Below, in pieces: positions 14,526-26,200 of a DNA stretch of 64,000 nucleotides (the stretch's first letter is position 1; the number at the start of each line of letters is the position of its first letter). The notes under the pieces are model-generated. The model searched no databases. It saw nothing but the letters and a program-made list of their open reading frames with translations, and was not told the DNA's origin. Source of the DNA: Eledone cirrhosa (taxonomy: Eukaryota); contig OZ024744.1 of assembly GCA_964016885.1 (NCBI GenBank), positions 84,506,001 through 84,570,000 on the forward strand, read 5' to 3'. Position numbers and translations under genes: made by a program.

Positions 14526-15493
14526 ATGTGGGTATGTGTTGCGCGTGTGTGTGTGTGTATTTATATCTTTTTATATGTGTATGTGTATGTTCGTGTAAAT
14601 GTATGTGTGTGTATGACTGTATAGGTATGTGTGTATGTATGTATGTGTAGATATCTCTATGTGCGCGTACATGTATGTATGTGTATGTATATCTGTATGT
14701 GTATGTACATTATATTATATTTATTATATTTTATTGTTTTTATTTTTTTATTTTTCTTAATTTATAGATACATTTATATTAGGCAGTCTGGTCTGACAAT
14801 CTAATACTGACCCCTCCCCCCCCCTCCCACCTAATTTCTGTATCTTGATCTTGAAATGTGTGTGCCAGTGTTTTATGTGAGTGACTTAATTTCTATTTGC
14901 TTATGATTTTATATCCACATATATAAATGTGAGTGGGGGAGTGTGTGTGTTTGTATGTTCGTGGTTATGTGTATATTTATGCATATACGCACATGTATGT
15001 GTGATTATACTGATATGTGTGAGTATGAAAAAAATATATTTATATGCTTGACTCCATAAGTATCATTGCGTATCTTATCAGCGCATTAAGCTTACAGAGA
15101 TATTAACCTTGAAATTTTGTGTTTGCATCCATCTTTTTAGTATGCACATACAAATTATACACACATTATTGTAAAATATGTGTAAGGCTTTTTACATGTA
15201 TATACACACACCAAACTGCTTTTAACCCTTTGTGTTTTCATTGGTCAATTTTGAACTGATATTTTGAATTGTTGTTATTATCAATAAATATACTTCATTA
15301 TTTCTGAAGACGGCGTATATATGAGTTAGGTATGTATATTTAATCTTGATAATTTGTATAATTTTGTATAATTTTGTACATAGATCTGTTAAATATGCAT
15401 ACCAATTATAACACATATATACCCTAGAAACGATCGTTAAATAGTGAACTTTTTTTGTTTAATATAAGGAATTGTTTGTTCATTATTTGTTTA

Positions 15494-15502
<9 letters not shown>
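13474..15502 (+). repeat. Inverted pseudo-LTR arm of PLE1 (copy of 2003-4039)
   Basis: Reverse-complement match including unique segments; stops 137 bp short of the main 3' end. Confidence 0.93.
15299..15443 (+). ncRNA. Hammerhead motif in the inverted arm of PLE1
   Basis: tattt CTGAAGA(15304) ... GAAAC(15427) gatc GTT aaata. Confidence 0.75.
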
Positions 15503-15542
<40 letters not shown>

Positions 15543-15585
15543 ATATATATATATACATATATATATATATACGTATGTATGTGTG

Positions 15586-15620
<35 letters not shown>

Positions 15621-15768
15621 TTGTGAGCGAATCTGTATCTGTGTCTGTATATGGGCATGTAGGCAGGCGTCTGTGTATGCATATGTCTATGGTTTTTTTT
15701 GTTTATTTATTCTCCTTAAGTGTGTGTGTATAGCGGGAGTCTATGCGTATGGAAGTTGTTATCTATGT

Positions 15769-15847
<79 letters not shown>

Positions 15848-16068
15848 CGTGTGTGTGTGCGCGCGCGCGGGTGGACGTGTGAACTACTAAACCCAATAGG
15901 TATTCATCGAAGTGTGGCAGAAGGGAACAGCTGTTGCTCAGTAGAATTCACACCTGTTGGTCAGATTTATGATGACGTAGAAAAGCAGCAGCCAATAACA
16001 GGACGCGCGAAGAGGATGTTTTTTACGCTAACACCCCATTGAAGAAATTTGCTCCGAAATCATTAGAC

Positions 16069-16156
16069 GTGTCCGTCGAACCTGCAGATCCAGAATCAGA
16101 CAGATCCACACAATGATCGTGTCTCGAGCTGTCCGCCGGCGAAACAATTGTAACAC
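16069..16156 (+). ncRNA. Degenerate hammerhead remnant
   Basis: gtgt-CCGTCGA-...-GAAAC-aatt-GTA-acac; two core changes. Confidence 0.4.
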
Positions 16157-16196
16157 ACAATAAATTGAGTTCAGATACATCACTGATTTTTCGTTT

Positions 16197-16271
<75 letters not shown>

Positions 16272-16274
<3 letters not shown>

Positions 16275-16495
16275 TGTATGTAAAAGGTAAACAGAAATAA
16301 CACAATCGGTACAGTATATAGAAGGTATATATTAGGTTAACGCTTGATATAGCAGTTAGAGGGTCTTAACGTTTTGGACGCTAGTCCTTCATCAGAAGAA
16401 AGAATGAGAAATAAAATAGATTGAGGAGGCGGGCGAGATGGAATTGGAAAAAATGTATTTAGATAAAAATAACAGGTCCATTCATGTTGACATCA
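16272..16495 (-). mobile_element. ~230-bp non-coding PLE-end element between (TA)n tracts, with minimal hammerhead at 16363-16400; second copy at 49262-49500
   Basis: tctt-CTGATGA-aggactagcgtcc-AAAAC-GTT-aagac; homologous over its length to 49262-49500. Confidence 0.7.
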
Positions 16496-16569
16496 CTTAT
16501 ATATATATATATGCAATATGCAGCTGCTCCATATTTTAAAGTATGATATAATGCTGCTTAACAACAAAA

Positions 16570-17550
16570 TAGAACGATCAATTTTCAGTAGGCACAAAGC
16601 AGCTACCAAAGTTCTCTAACTTTAAACCAGCATGATTCGATCCAACAATCTCAGAATTCAAGCAGAACCACCCGGGTTTTAACCTACTAGCACCACACCA
16701 CCTCACTGTTATTAGCTGTCAACTGACCAACTGGTCATTAAACAACATCATAAATCTCCAAACCTTTCTTTCACTCTCTCTCCCTATATAGCCACATGAC
16801 CTTCATTAAGATAAAACAATCAGCCTGCTGATATTAAGCCCCGTATACCATCACCTCCCCTTTCACCTTTTATTCTCTATCTATCTACCTACTCATTCCC
16901 CGTCCTTAGCCCTACCCCTTATGTCTCATCCTCGAATCCTTATCCCCACTCTCACTCTGTCTCCTTCCCTTATCTCTTCCTCTCGCTTATTTTTTATTTA
17001 TTATTTTTTTTATCTTTATCTATTATTTTTTTTTTCTTTCCTTTTTTTATTCTAATCCTCTGAGATTTGACCATACCTCTCGCATTTATACTACATATGT
17101 ATTTATTTAACGTTTCTTTTCATGTTATTGTTATCTCTACCACCATCACTACTTTACACATCCACTTACTCACCACTGACACTTCAACTGCCACCACCAC
17201 TATTATTATCAGCAATCGTATTCTGTACTTATTTTTTACTTATTTTTTTACATCTTTATCATTTTCATTCTAACTTCTTTATTATTATCTTTTATTATCT
17301 TTTATTATTGAGGTTATTGTTTTGATTCTCCGATGTATCTATAAATACCAATGCCATGTGTTACACCCACCAGTATTCGGATGATTTGATCAGACACATA
17401 CTGTATTTAAGGACGAGTGACGCTGTAAATAAAACCATTTTTGTACAGCCGACCATATTATTCTTCACTCTTTCACTACTATACTCATCTTTTTCCATTT
17501 ATCTAAGGGTTCTAAACCCCACTAATCAGGCTAAAATATTTCTTTAGTCA
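16570..17550 (+). mobile_element. Diverged ~1-kb PLE 3'-end/3'UTR remnant, homologous to 60780-61900
   Basis: Shared blocks gcacaaagcagc, cactgttattagctgt, ttctccgatgtatctataaatacca; the 3' half of the hammerhead is deleted in this copy. Confidence 0.65.
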
Positions 17551-17750
17551 AAAATATGATGAAAGCTTATATTTCTAATTTCAAACTCGCTCACTGTTTC
17601 AAAACATACTTACATATATATATATAGTTATACTTAGGGAGGGTCATATTGTTGTAATAATATTGCCAGAAATAATAACAGAACACACTCACTGTTTGGT
17701 TGGTTTTCGTTTCTGTATCTTTTATATCTCCATAGTTAATTTATTTGGCA

Positions 17751-17858
<108 letters not shown>

Positions 17859-18499
17859 ACTAACATAAGCGCACAGATGTACGCTAATGCCAGCAAATAC
17901 ACAGGTTATGTCATAGTACCTAGGTGGTTCAATGCAGGAGGATGCAGAACAATAATATAAAAGACGTAAAATAAGAAATTTTTTTTAAAAACTGTCTTTA
18001 TCCCATTGCAGAAACTAATTAGTTGGAGTGAAAATTTAAGTAAGTTAATTTTTTTTTTATTTTTTTTTTTTTTATTTTATTATTTTACGTCTTTTATATT
18101 ATTGTTCTGCATCCTCCTGCATTGAACCACCTAGGTACTATGACATAACCTGTGTATTTGCTGGCATTAGCGTACATCTGTGCGCTTATGTTAGTAGATA
18201 TATTAAATTATCTATATTTATCTCCAAATCACTGATTTGTCGAGCAAACCTGCCAAAACCACTTCTGAATTTTTTGGGGGGTGTTAGTAGGCGTCTGTCA
18301 TCTTACCATCCCATTCCTACTGACTAGCCTCTGTGTCACGTGATTGATTCTTTAGAATCGGCCATATGACCAGTGGCAGTGAGAATTTTCAGTACCTGGA
18401 ATCCAGTCCTCGATAGCTGTTCCATTTACCGAATTATTATTATTTTTATATGAGTCCCCAGTGTCCGCGCATTGCCTGGAGACTTGGCTGAGAATAGAC

Positions 18500-18579
18500 C
18501 TCCCTGATGATGCAATGAAATTCTCAACAGTTCATTACGTAACTGTCTTTATCCCATTGCAGAAACTAATTAGTTGGAG
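18500..18579 (+). ncRNA. Type I hammerhead ribozyme motif, unit 1
   Basis: ctcc-CTGATGA-tgcaatg...cattgca-GAAAC-taatta-GTT-ggag; palindromic stem III AACTAATTAGTT. Confidence 0.8.
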
Positions 18580-19047
18580 TGAAAATTTAAGTAAGTTAAT
18601 TTTTTTTTTATTTTTTTTTTTATTTTCTTATTTTACGTCTTTTATATTATTGTTCTGCATCCTCCTGCATTGAACCACCTAGGTACTATGACATAACCTG
18701 TGTATTTGCTGGCATTAGCGTACATCTGTGCGCTTATGTTAGTAGATATATTAAATTATCTATATTTATCTCCAAATCACTGATTTGTCGAGCAAACCTG
18801 CCAAAACCACTTCTAAATTTTTTGGGGGGTGTTAGTAGGCGTCTGTCATCTTACCATCCCATTCCTACTGACTAGCCTCTGTGTCACGTGATTGATTCTT
18901 TAGAATCGGCCATATGACCAGTGGCAGTGAGAATTTTCAGTACCTGGAATCCAGTCCTCGATAGCTGTTCCATTTACCGAATTATTATTATTTTTATATG
19001 AGTCCCCAGTGTCCGCGCATTGCCTGGAGACTTGGCTGAGAATAGAC

Positions 19048-19127
19048 CTCCCTGATGACGCAATGAAATTCTCAACAGTTCATTACGTAACTGTCTTTAT
19101 CCCATTGCAGAAACTAATTAGTTGGAG
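19048..19127 (+). ncRNA. Type I hammerhead ribozyme motif, unit 2
   Basis: As above; first stem II base T>C. Confidence 0.75.
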
Positions 19128-19600
19128 TGAAAATTTAAGTAAGTAAGTTAATTTTTTTTTTTTTTTTTTTTTAAATGTTCTTATTTTACGTCTTTTATAT
19201 TATTGTTCTGCATCCTCCTGCATTGAACCACCTAGGTACTATGACATAACCTGTGTATTTGCTGGCATTAGCGTACATCTGTGCGCTTATGTTAGTAGAT
19301 ATATTAAATTATCTATATTTATCTCCAAATCACTGATTTGTCGAGCAAACCTGCCAAAACCACTTCTAAATTTTTTGGGGGGTGTTAGTAGGCGTCTGTC
19401 ATCTTACCATCCCATTCCTACTGACTAGCCTCTGTGTCACGTGATTGATTCTTTAGAATCGGCCATATGACCAGTGGCAGTGAGAATTTTCAGTACCTGG
19501 AATCCAGTCCTCGATAGCTGTTCCATTTACCGAATTATTATTATTTTTATATGAGTCCCCAGTGTCCGCGCATTGCCTGGAGACTTGGCTGAGAATAGAC

Positions 19601-19680
19601 CTCCCTGATGACGCAATGAAATTCTCAACAGTTCATTACGTAACTGTCTTTATCCCATTGCAGAAACTAATTAGTTGGAG
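19601..19680 (+). ncRNA. Type I hammerhead ribozyme motif, unit 3
   Basis: As unit 2. Confidence 0.75.
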
Positions 19681-19730
19681 TGAAAATTTAAGTAAGTAAG
19701 TTAAATTTTTAAAAATGTTCTTATTTTACG

Positions 19731-19778
<48 letters not shown>

Positions 19779-19784
<6 letters not shown>

Positions 19785-20333
19785 AAATAAAATAAATAAG
19801 TCAAATGTTTAAAATTTGGCTTCGTTTATTACTGCTATATATATTTCGGTGACAGCCATTTTTGGCTGTGACCTCTTCAGGCAGTAAGAATTAGTGTGGT
19901 AGAGACGAGTACATATGTTGTTGAGGTATAACTTTGTCAATACTCTGATATGCGCAGTTCCTGGTTGGGTTGTTATTTCACTGAGGAACTGGAATCATAT
20001 GAATTTAAACATTCATATGATTCCAGTTCCTTAGTGAAATAACAACCCAACCAGGAACTGGGCATATCAGAGTATTGACAAAGTTATACCTCAACAACAT
20101 ATGTACTCGTCTCTACCACACTAATTTGGACTGCCTGAAGAGGTCACAGCCAAAGATGGCTGTCACCGATATATATATATAGCAGTAATAAACGAAGCCA
20201 AATTTTAAACATTTGACTTATTTATTTTATTTTATTTTACATTACTCCGGAGTAACCAAACCAACCTGCGCGCTTCGTCGAGTGCTCCAATCTGCATACT
20301 CAAGTGTTGGTATACAACCAACATATACTCAAA

Positions 20334-20338
<5 letters not shown>
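19779..20338. mobile_element. Asymmetric foldback insertion: arms 19779-20004 / 20011-20238 plus 100-bp tail, flanked by (TA)n
   Basis: ~226-bp inverted arms with 6-bp spacer; hammerhead in each arm (right copy 20130-20186 has GAAA>GATA). Confidence 0.9.
19829..19887 (-). ncRNA. Minimal type I hammerhead ribozyme motif
   Basis: ttactgc-CTGAAGA-ggtcacagcca aaaa tggctgtcacc-GAAA-tatat-ATA-gcagtaa. Confidence 0.88.
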
Positions 20339-20407
<69 letters not shown>

Positions 20408-20408
20408 A

Positions 20409-20690
20409 TATAGTCTTTTTCAAGACTATACAGAGCATTTGTAGTTGTCCCAAATTGAAGGATGAGTATTTTAAACTTTATTTTATCATGAGTTAAGGCT
20501 CTATTGATTTTTTCCCTGTATTTCACTAAATTCTGTGGATGAATCTATATCCTGATTCTTTTTGAATTGAGTTTGAATTATTTTCCCACATCTTACGTTA
20601 ACTATTTTCCCATTTTGACGCTATAGTCACTTATATATTATGGAATACTGTTGGCTTCTTGCTACAATACTTTCTATACCTTTCATTTAT
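20409..20690 (+). mobile_element. Partial, diverged copy of the 627-bp hammerhead unit at 22023-22649 (opposite orientation), starting at stem III
   Basis: Reverse-complement similarity to 22023-22303. Confidence 0.8.
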
Positions 20691-20705
20691 ATATATATAT
20701 ATATT

Positions 20706-20780
<75 letters not shown>

Positions 20781-20784
<4 letters not shown>

Positions 20785-20980
20785 CAAAGAAAGTGTGGTA
20801 AGGAGCCAGGTGGACCATAACGCACCAAAGTACACGATACTTAGCGTAGTAGAGTGGGTTATAGGAAAAGAGTCAGGACTCCGATGGCTGAGCTCCGGCC
20901 GTTTCGATAGCTAGATTCGAACAGTTCGGATCTAGCTGTCGAAATGGCCGGAACTCAGCCGTCGGGATCCTGACTCTTTT

Positions 20981-20986
<6 letters not shown>
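20781..20986. mobile_element. Mini foldback: 63-bp arms (20860-20922 / 20924-20986) plus ~80-bp tail; related to the PLE3 3' end
   Basis: Arms carry the hammerhead 3' half GAAA(c/t)-ggc..gcc-GTC-ggga; tail aligns with 59760-59846. Confidence 0.8.
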
Positions 20987-21051
<65 letters not shown>

Positions 21052-21509
21052 TCTACTCTTACCCCACTTTCTTCCTCTCCCTTTCTCCCTCTCACTTTCA
21101 CCTCCTCGCCTGACCCCTTTAGTAGTTCTTTTCTCACTTACAACTGCGGGGATCAGACGTGTGTCTTTTTCTCTCTCGACCACTCAGTCTTGAACTTAAG
21201 TTCTCTTATCGAGTGGTCTTGGATTTTCTTACCTTAAGTTGCTCGCACATTGCTCGGTTTGTTGTTGTTTTTTTCGCTGTATTTTCACTGTTTTCTTTTT
21301 TCTTCCCTTTTGTTTTCCTTCCCTCCCTCCTCCGTTTTCCCAATAACCTATCCAGTTATTGACGCCTTGGGGTGAAGTGGTATCTTGTCTTTAAAGCGTA
21401 GAAATATGCGAGACCCCCCAGTAGACAACTGATGAGGAAAACTGCCCCCCCCCTCCCTCCTCGTTCTTGCTTTATTCTTATTCCCACTCCATTTTAAGAT
21501 ACCTTAAAT

Positions 21510-21780
21510 AGCAGAAAAAGGTAAAGGAAAGGAGAGTGCTCTATGTAGGCTACAGAGCTTTTTAGTTATGTAATAAACAACATAAGATAATTATTTCATT
21601 TACCAAAGGTTTCACGAAGACAGACGAGCTTGGCACAGATGTCTGCCTTCAATCAACAGAATGAATTTTATTTAAAATGGAAGTAAGATATGGTTTTCAA
21701 AACAGAGTCTAGGACAATTGAAAGCGAGGCTGAAATAAAATAACGGACATGATGTAAAGAGGAAAATAAAAAAGTATATG
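21510..21780 (-). mobile_element. Non-coding PLE-end arm with degenerate hammerhead (21595-21665, core CTGTTGA); inverted partner at 27095-27308
   Basis: High reverse-complement identity to 27095-27308; family member with canonical core at 39385-39600. Confidence 0.72.
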
Positions 21781-22022
21781 TATAATATACAAACACATAT
21801 ACAAGCACATGCTCACGCATATACATATACTTCCACATACGTTCACACATACGTATATGTGCGCCTACATGCAAATACAAACACACACATATACATGCGT
21901 TCATACACTCACACATGCACGCACACATGCACACATGCACATACACGTACCCCAAAATATACACAAATATACATACACACATATCTCCATACATACAAAT
22001 ATATATATATATATACATACAT

Positions 22023-22710
22023 ATAAATGAGAGGTATAGAGATTGTTTTAGCGAGAAGCTAATAGTATTCTATAACATATATGTGACTATAACGTCAAGA
22101 TGGGAAAAGTAGTTAACGTAAGATTTAGGAAAAATAACTCAAACTCATCTCAAAAGAGAATCAGGATACAAATTCATCCACAGAATTTAGTGAAATCCAG
22201 GGAAAAATCAATAGACCCTTAACTCATGATAAAATAAAGTTTAAAACACTTATCCTTCAATTTGGAATAACATCAAATGATCTGTATAGTCTTAAAAGAC
22301 TATTTCATGAAAACTTTCAGTGGAGATGGTCACGGTTGGATTTCAATCGTCAGCAGAGCTCAACAGAAACCAGGGCTCTCACAGTATTATAATCCGAAAA
22401 AGGGAATTCTAAAACTGGCTAGTTCGCCAACATGTGTAGTTATGAAAAAGCACATGAGGAAAAACGGGGCTAGTGACGTCAGGATGAAAGTGAATGTTTA
22501 TTTACAAGAAATAGCAGTCAAATACATTCTGAAAAAAACTCTACAAAAGGAGTTCAGCAAATAGCAATAATTATCACAGTTTTTATTAAAAAAACCGGGA
22601 TTAGTCACAGATAGTTTAAGCACTCTAGGAAAAGAATCCGAGTATAAATATAAATGAGAGGTATAGAGATTGTTTTAGCGAGAAACTAATAGTATTCTAT
22701 AACATATATA
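22023..22710 (-). mobile_element. Retrozyme-like element: one 627-bp unit plus terminal redundancy
   Basis: ATAAATGAGAGGTATAGAGATTGTTTTAGCGAGAA at 22023 and 22650; contains a hammerhead. Confidence 0.75.
22279..22359 (-). ncRNA. Type I hammerhead ribozyme motif with stable stem III
   Basis: gctctg-CTGACGA-ttgaaa...tttcat-GAAA-tagtctt tt aagact-ATA-cagatc (cagagc in the 20409 copy). Confidence 0.8.
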
Positions 22711-23161
22711 TATAGATATACAAACACATATATACATATATATATATACACACACATATATACAAACATATATATATATGTATATATGTTTGTATATACA
22801 TATATATATATGTATATATGTTTGTATATATATGTATGTATATACACGTACATATACACAAACATACATATATGCATACACATGTTCGCTTATGCACATG
22901 CAGGCACACACACAGACACACATACATTTGGATACATATACACACATACATACAAACATACATACATGTATACACACGCACGCACACATACGGACATGAA
23001 TACATATACTCACACACGTACATAAACACATACACAACACACCACACATATGCATAAAAAGTCGATACAGTTCATTGGCAAAATGAACAGACACGAAAAT
23101 TATTAAAAACAAGATCAAAAAAATAAAGACAAAAATGAACGGGCTGACAAAGAAAAGAAAA

Positions 23162-23205
<44 letters not shown>

Positions 23206-23206
<1 letters not shown>

Positions 23207-26200
23207 TAGCAGAAGTACCCGACGTTGCCCGGGTGTAAGTCGACCTTTGCTCTGTTGTTAAAATGTGTGAAAGTTGCTTCCTGTGCAGTACAGGTGCAAA
23301 AACCTTCGAACCTCAAGGAAAAAAACAGAGGTTAGTAGACGCAGGTGTGTAATTGAGCATAAATAATGGATCAATTGTAGGTTCACAGTGTATCGTTGAA
23401 ATTGTTCTTTGCACGACTGACGGAAGTCAAATTCACTTGAAATTGAATTTTCAGTTGATTTTTAAAGCAGGGTGAAAAAGTCGATTTTTTCACAGTTTTT
23501 TTTTTGTTTTACAATTTTCGCGGTCACATGTGCAGAAGAAGAAATTAAAGGGACTTTATCTGAACCGCGGCATAAGGGCGAGTCTTTTGCGACACTTTTC
23601 AAGAAAATCGGACGTTCCTGTAAAAAGTTTTCCCATGTGCAATTTTGCCTTGTTTTTTGCGCAAAGTTGAACCTCGCTTCAGTTTTATTGATTTTTTATA
23701 TGAATGCGTGACCTCTGAAGTAAATTTGAGTAGTTAAAAACCTGTCCCGGTAAATTTGCTATAGGTGAAAAAAAGTTGATCAAAATTGTGTCTAGGGTTA
23801 TTGCCCATTGCAACAGCCTCAACGTGTCTTCAAGTATGGTTTGTTAATTTGTTGTGGAACTAAATCGACTTTCGTCAAATCGGACCGAGGAAACAATGTT
23901 TCCATTTGTCTTTCTAGCTGGTGTACCCGGTTACACTCGGGGTTATAAGGCGCTGTATTTAAACGGGTCTGCGCTAAATTCCAGCAGGATACTTTAACCG
24001 AAATAAATGAAGAAAAAACGTTTCTTTTTGTGCTCCAATCTGTGATATTGGTATTTTGAAAAAATAGTCCACAAACATCCATGGAGCATGTGTAACGCAT
24101 GTATCAGGTTATGATAAAAAAGGTTTTCGATTCTCCATTCATAAGATACCAAAAAATTGCACGCAAATAAACCGGGATTTTACCTGAAAGGTAAGAATCA
24201 AGTGGAATAATGTTTTGCGACATTGTCAAATGTACAACCGTATAAAAGCAAAGGATATAGCCAGTGAAATCCAGGTAGACCAAAGAATTTGGTGGGGTTG
24301 TATATCAGAGGATTGTTTTCCTTGTGATTCGCGTCTAGCCTACAAAGTGAAGTTAGATGATTGTAGTCGGTGTTGTATCAATAAAAAATAAAAGCATACG
24401 GAAGACTGAACACTTACGAATTAAGTGAAAATCACGTTAATATTCCTATCGGAGCAACATGTGCCGAAAAACCTGACGGACTGTTGTGTCAATATTGAAA
24501 TCATAGAAATTACGAATCCCCACCTCTAAGATGTAATCATCGTGCGGTTTTGTTGTTTATGGCCTAGAATGAGGGCCGGTTAAATGCGGCAGAAAAATAA
24601 GCCATGCTGATGATGTTTAGGGGCGTCGCAGGGAATAGATGCGGCGTTGTGAGTCAATTGTGAGGACAGTGGAAGGCACGCTGATCGCTTGAGAAGACCC
24701 AATGCTACACAGGATGCTTCTCGGCCATAATTGACAGAAAGGCATGTCAGGAGAAATGAAAGAGTTGCTATTCATCCTTTGCTTAGCATGATGAACATGT
24801 AATTAAAAAGATTTACCATGGACTATCGTGCACGTTGGTATTGTGTTTAGCCTGCGAAAATCGGTGGTCAAATGGGGCAACAATAAGCCATGCTGATGAC
24901 GTTTAAGCGGTTGAAAAGGAATTGATGCGGCATAGATAGCCATGGGAATCTTGAAGGAGCACGGCGGTCAGGCAAAAGTAAGGGCCGAGGAGGGAATGGG
25001 GGCTGACAGTGCATGGATGCGGCATCCTGAGGCATGACGACGGCCAGCAGGCAAGGAAGAGGGCAGGGGTGGACGGTGGCAAGGATGCCGCATGGTGAGC
25101 CATGGCAGTCTTGAACGAGCACTGCGGGCAGGTAAAAGAAAGAGCCGAGGAGAGGATGGCGGCTAACAGAGCATTGATGCGGTATGGTGATGCATGAAAA
25201 TGCAGTGGGACGACGGCGTGCAGGGAACGGAGAGGGCAGGGGTTGACGGTAGCAGGGATGCAACATGATGAGGCATGACGAAAGGGCAGGGTGCATGGCG
25301 GCTGACAGGGCGTGGATGCGGCATGCCAATTGAGTTGCACCTCGGGAATGTAGAGAGCACCAGGAGGCACAATGATTGTTTGAGAAAACCGGCTGCAAAG
25401 CAGGATGTTTATCGGCCATACATGATCGGTAGGCTTTGGAGGTGAAAGGGATGAATTTTTGTTTAATTTTGTTAAATATGGTCAAAATGAACGTAAAAAG
25501 ACTTACACAGGATCGTCTTCATGTTCGGTGCTGTCTTTGGTCTGAGATAATGGGCGGTTATGTGCGGCGCAGGAATAAACCATGCTGATGACATTTGAGC
25601 AAGTTGCTGACAGGGCAGGAATGCCGCATGGTGAGCCATGGCAGTCGTGAAGGACCAAGGCGTGCGGGCAAGGGAGAGGGAAGGGGTTGACGGTGGCAGG
25701 GATGCGGCATGGTTAGGCATGGCAGTCATGAAGGAGCACGGTGGGAAGGCAAAATAAAAGGCTGAGGAGGGGATGGCGGCTGACAGATCATGGATGCGGC
25801 ATGGTGAGGCATAACGATACAGTGGGTCGACGGCGTGCAGGGAAGGGAGATGTCCGGGATTGACGGTTGCAGGGATTCCGCACTCGTGAAGGACCAAGGC
25901 GTGCGGGTAAGGGAGAGGGCAGGGGAGGGCATGGCGGCTGACACAGCATGGATGCGGCATGGTGATGCATGACGATGCAGTGGGACGACGGCGTGCAGGG
26001 AAGGGAGAGGGCAAGACTTGATGGTGGCAGGGATGCGGCTTGGTTAGGCATGGCAGGCTTGTAAGGAACACGGCGGGCAGGCAAATGAAAGGGCTGAGAG
26101 AGGGATGGTGGCCGACAGGGCAGTAATGCGGCATGGTGAGGCATGACGATGCAGTGGGACGACGGCGTGCAGGGAAGGGAGAGGGCAGGGGTTGACGGTG

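Larger units (their letters stand above)
1866..15502 (-). mobile_element. PLE1: Penelope-like retroelement insertion. Full 6074-bp unit (1866-7939) + 5'-truncated tandem unit (7940-13474) + inverted 3' segment (13474-15502), in a (TA)n site
   Basis: TATGTAGATAAATCTACC recurs at 1866 and 7940. ORF track repeats at offset 6074/6071. 13474-15502 is the reverse complement of 2003-4039. (TA)n on both flanks. Confidence 0.95.

Noticed and set aside
17625-17750. ~130-bp repeat also found inverted at 63350-63480
   Set aside because: Real dispersed repeat but no diagnostic termini or ribozyme; class unassignable
17991-19738. Tandem arrays as CRISPR-like or ordinary satellite DNA
   Set aside because: No unique spacers; units are whole-length repeats with hammerheads and a retro-insertion scar
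20860-20986. All seven arm mismatches are transitions (possible editing signature)
   Set aside because: Tiny sample, mixed directions, partly CpG; ordinary transition bias suffices
24597-24940. CTGATGA motifs in the Helitron repeats as hammerheads
   Set aside because: No consistent GAAA, stem I or stem III partner across the three blocks
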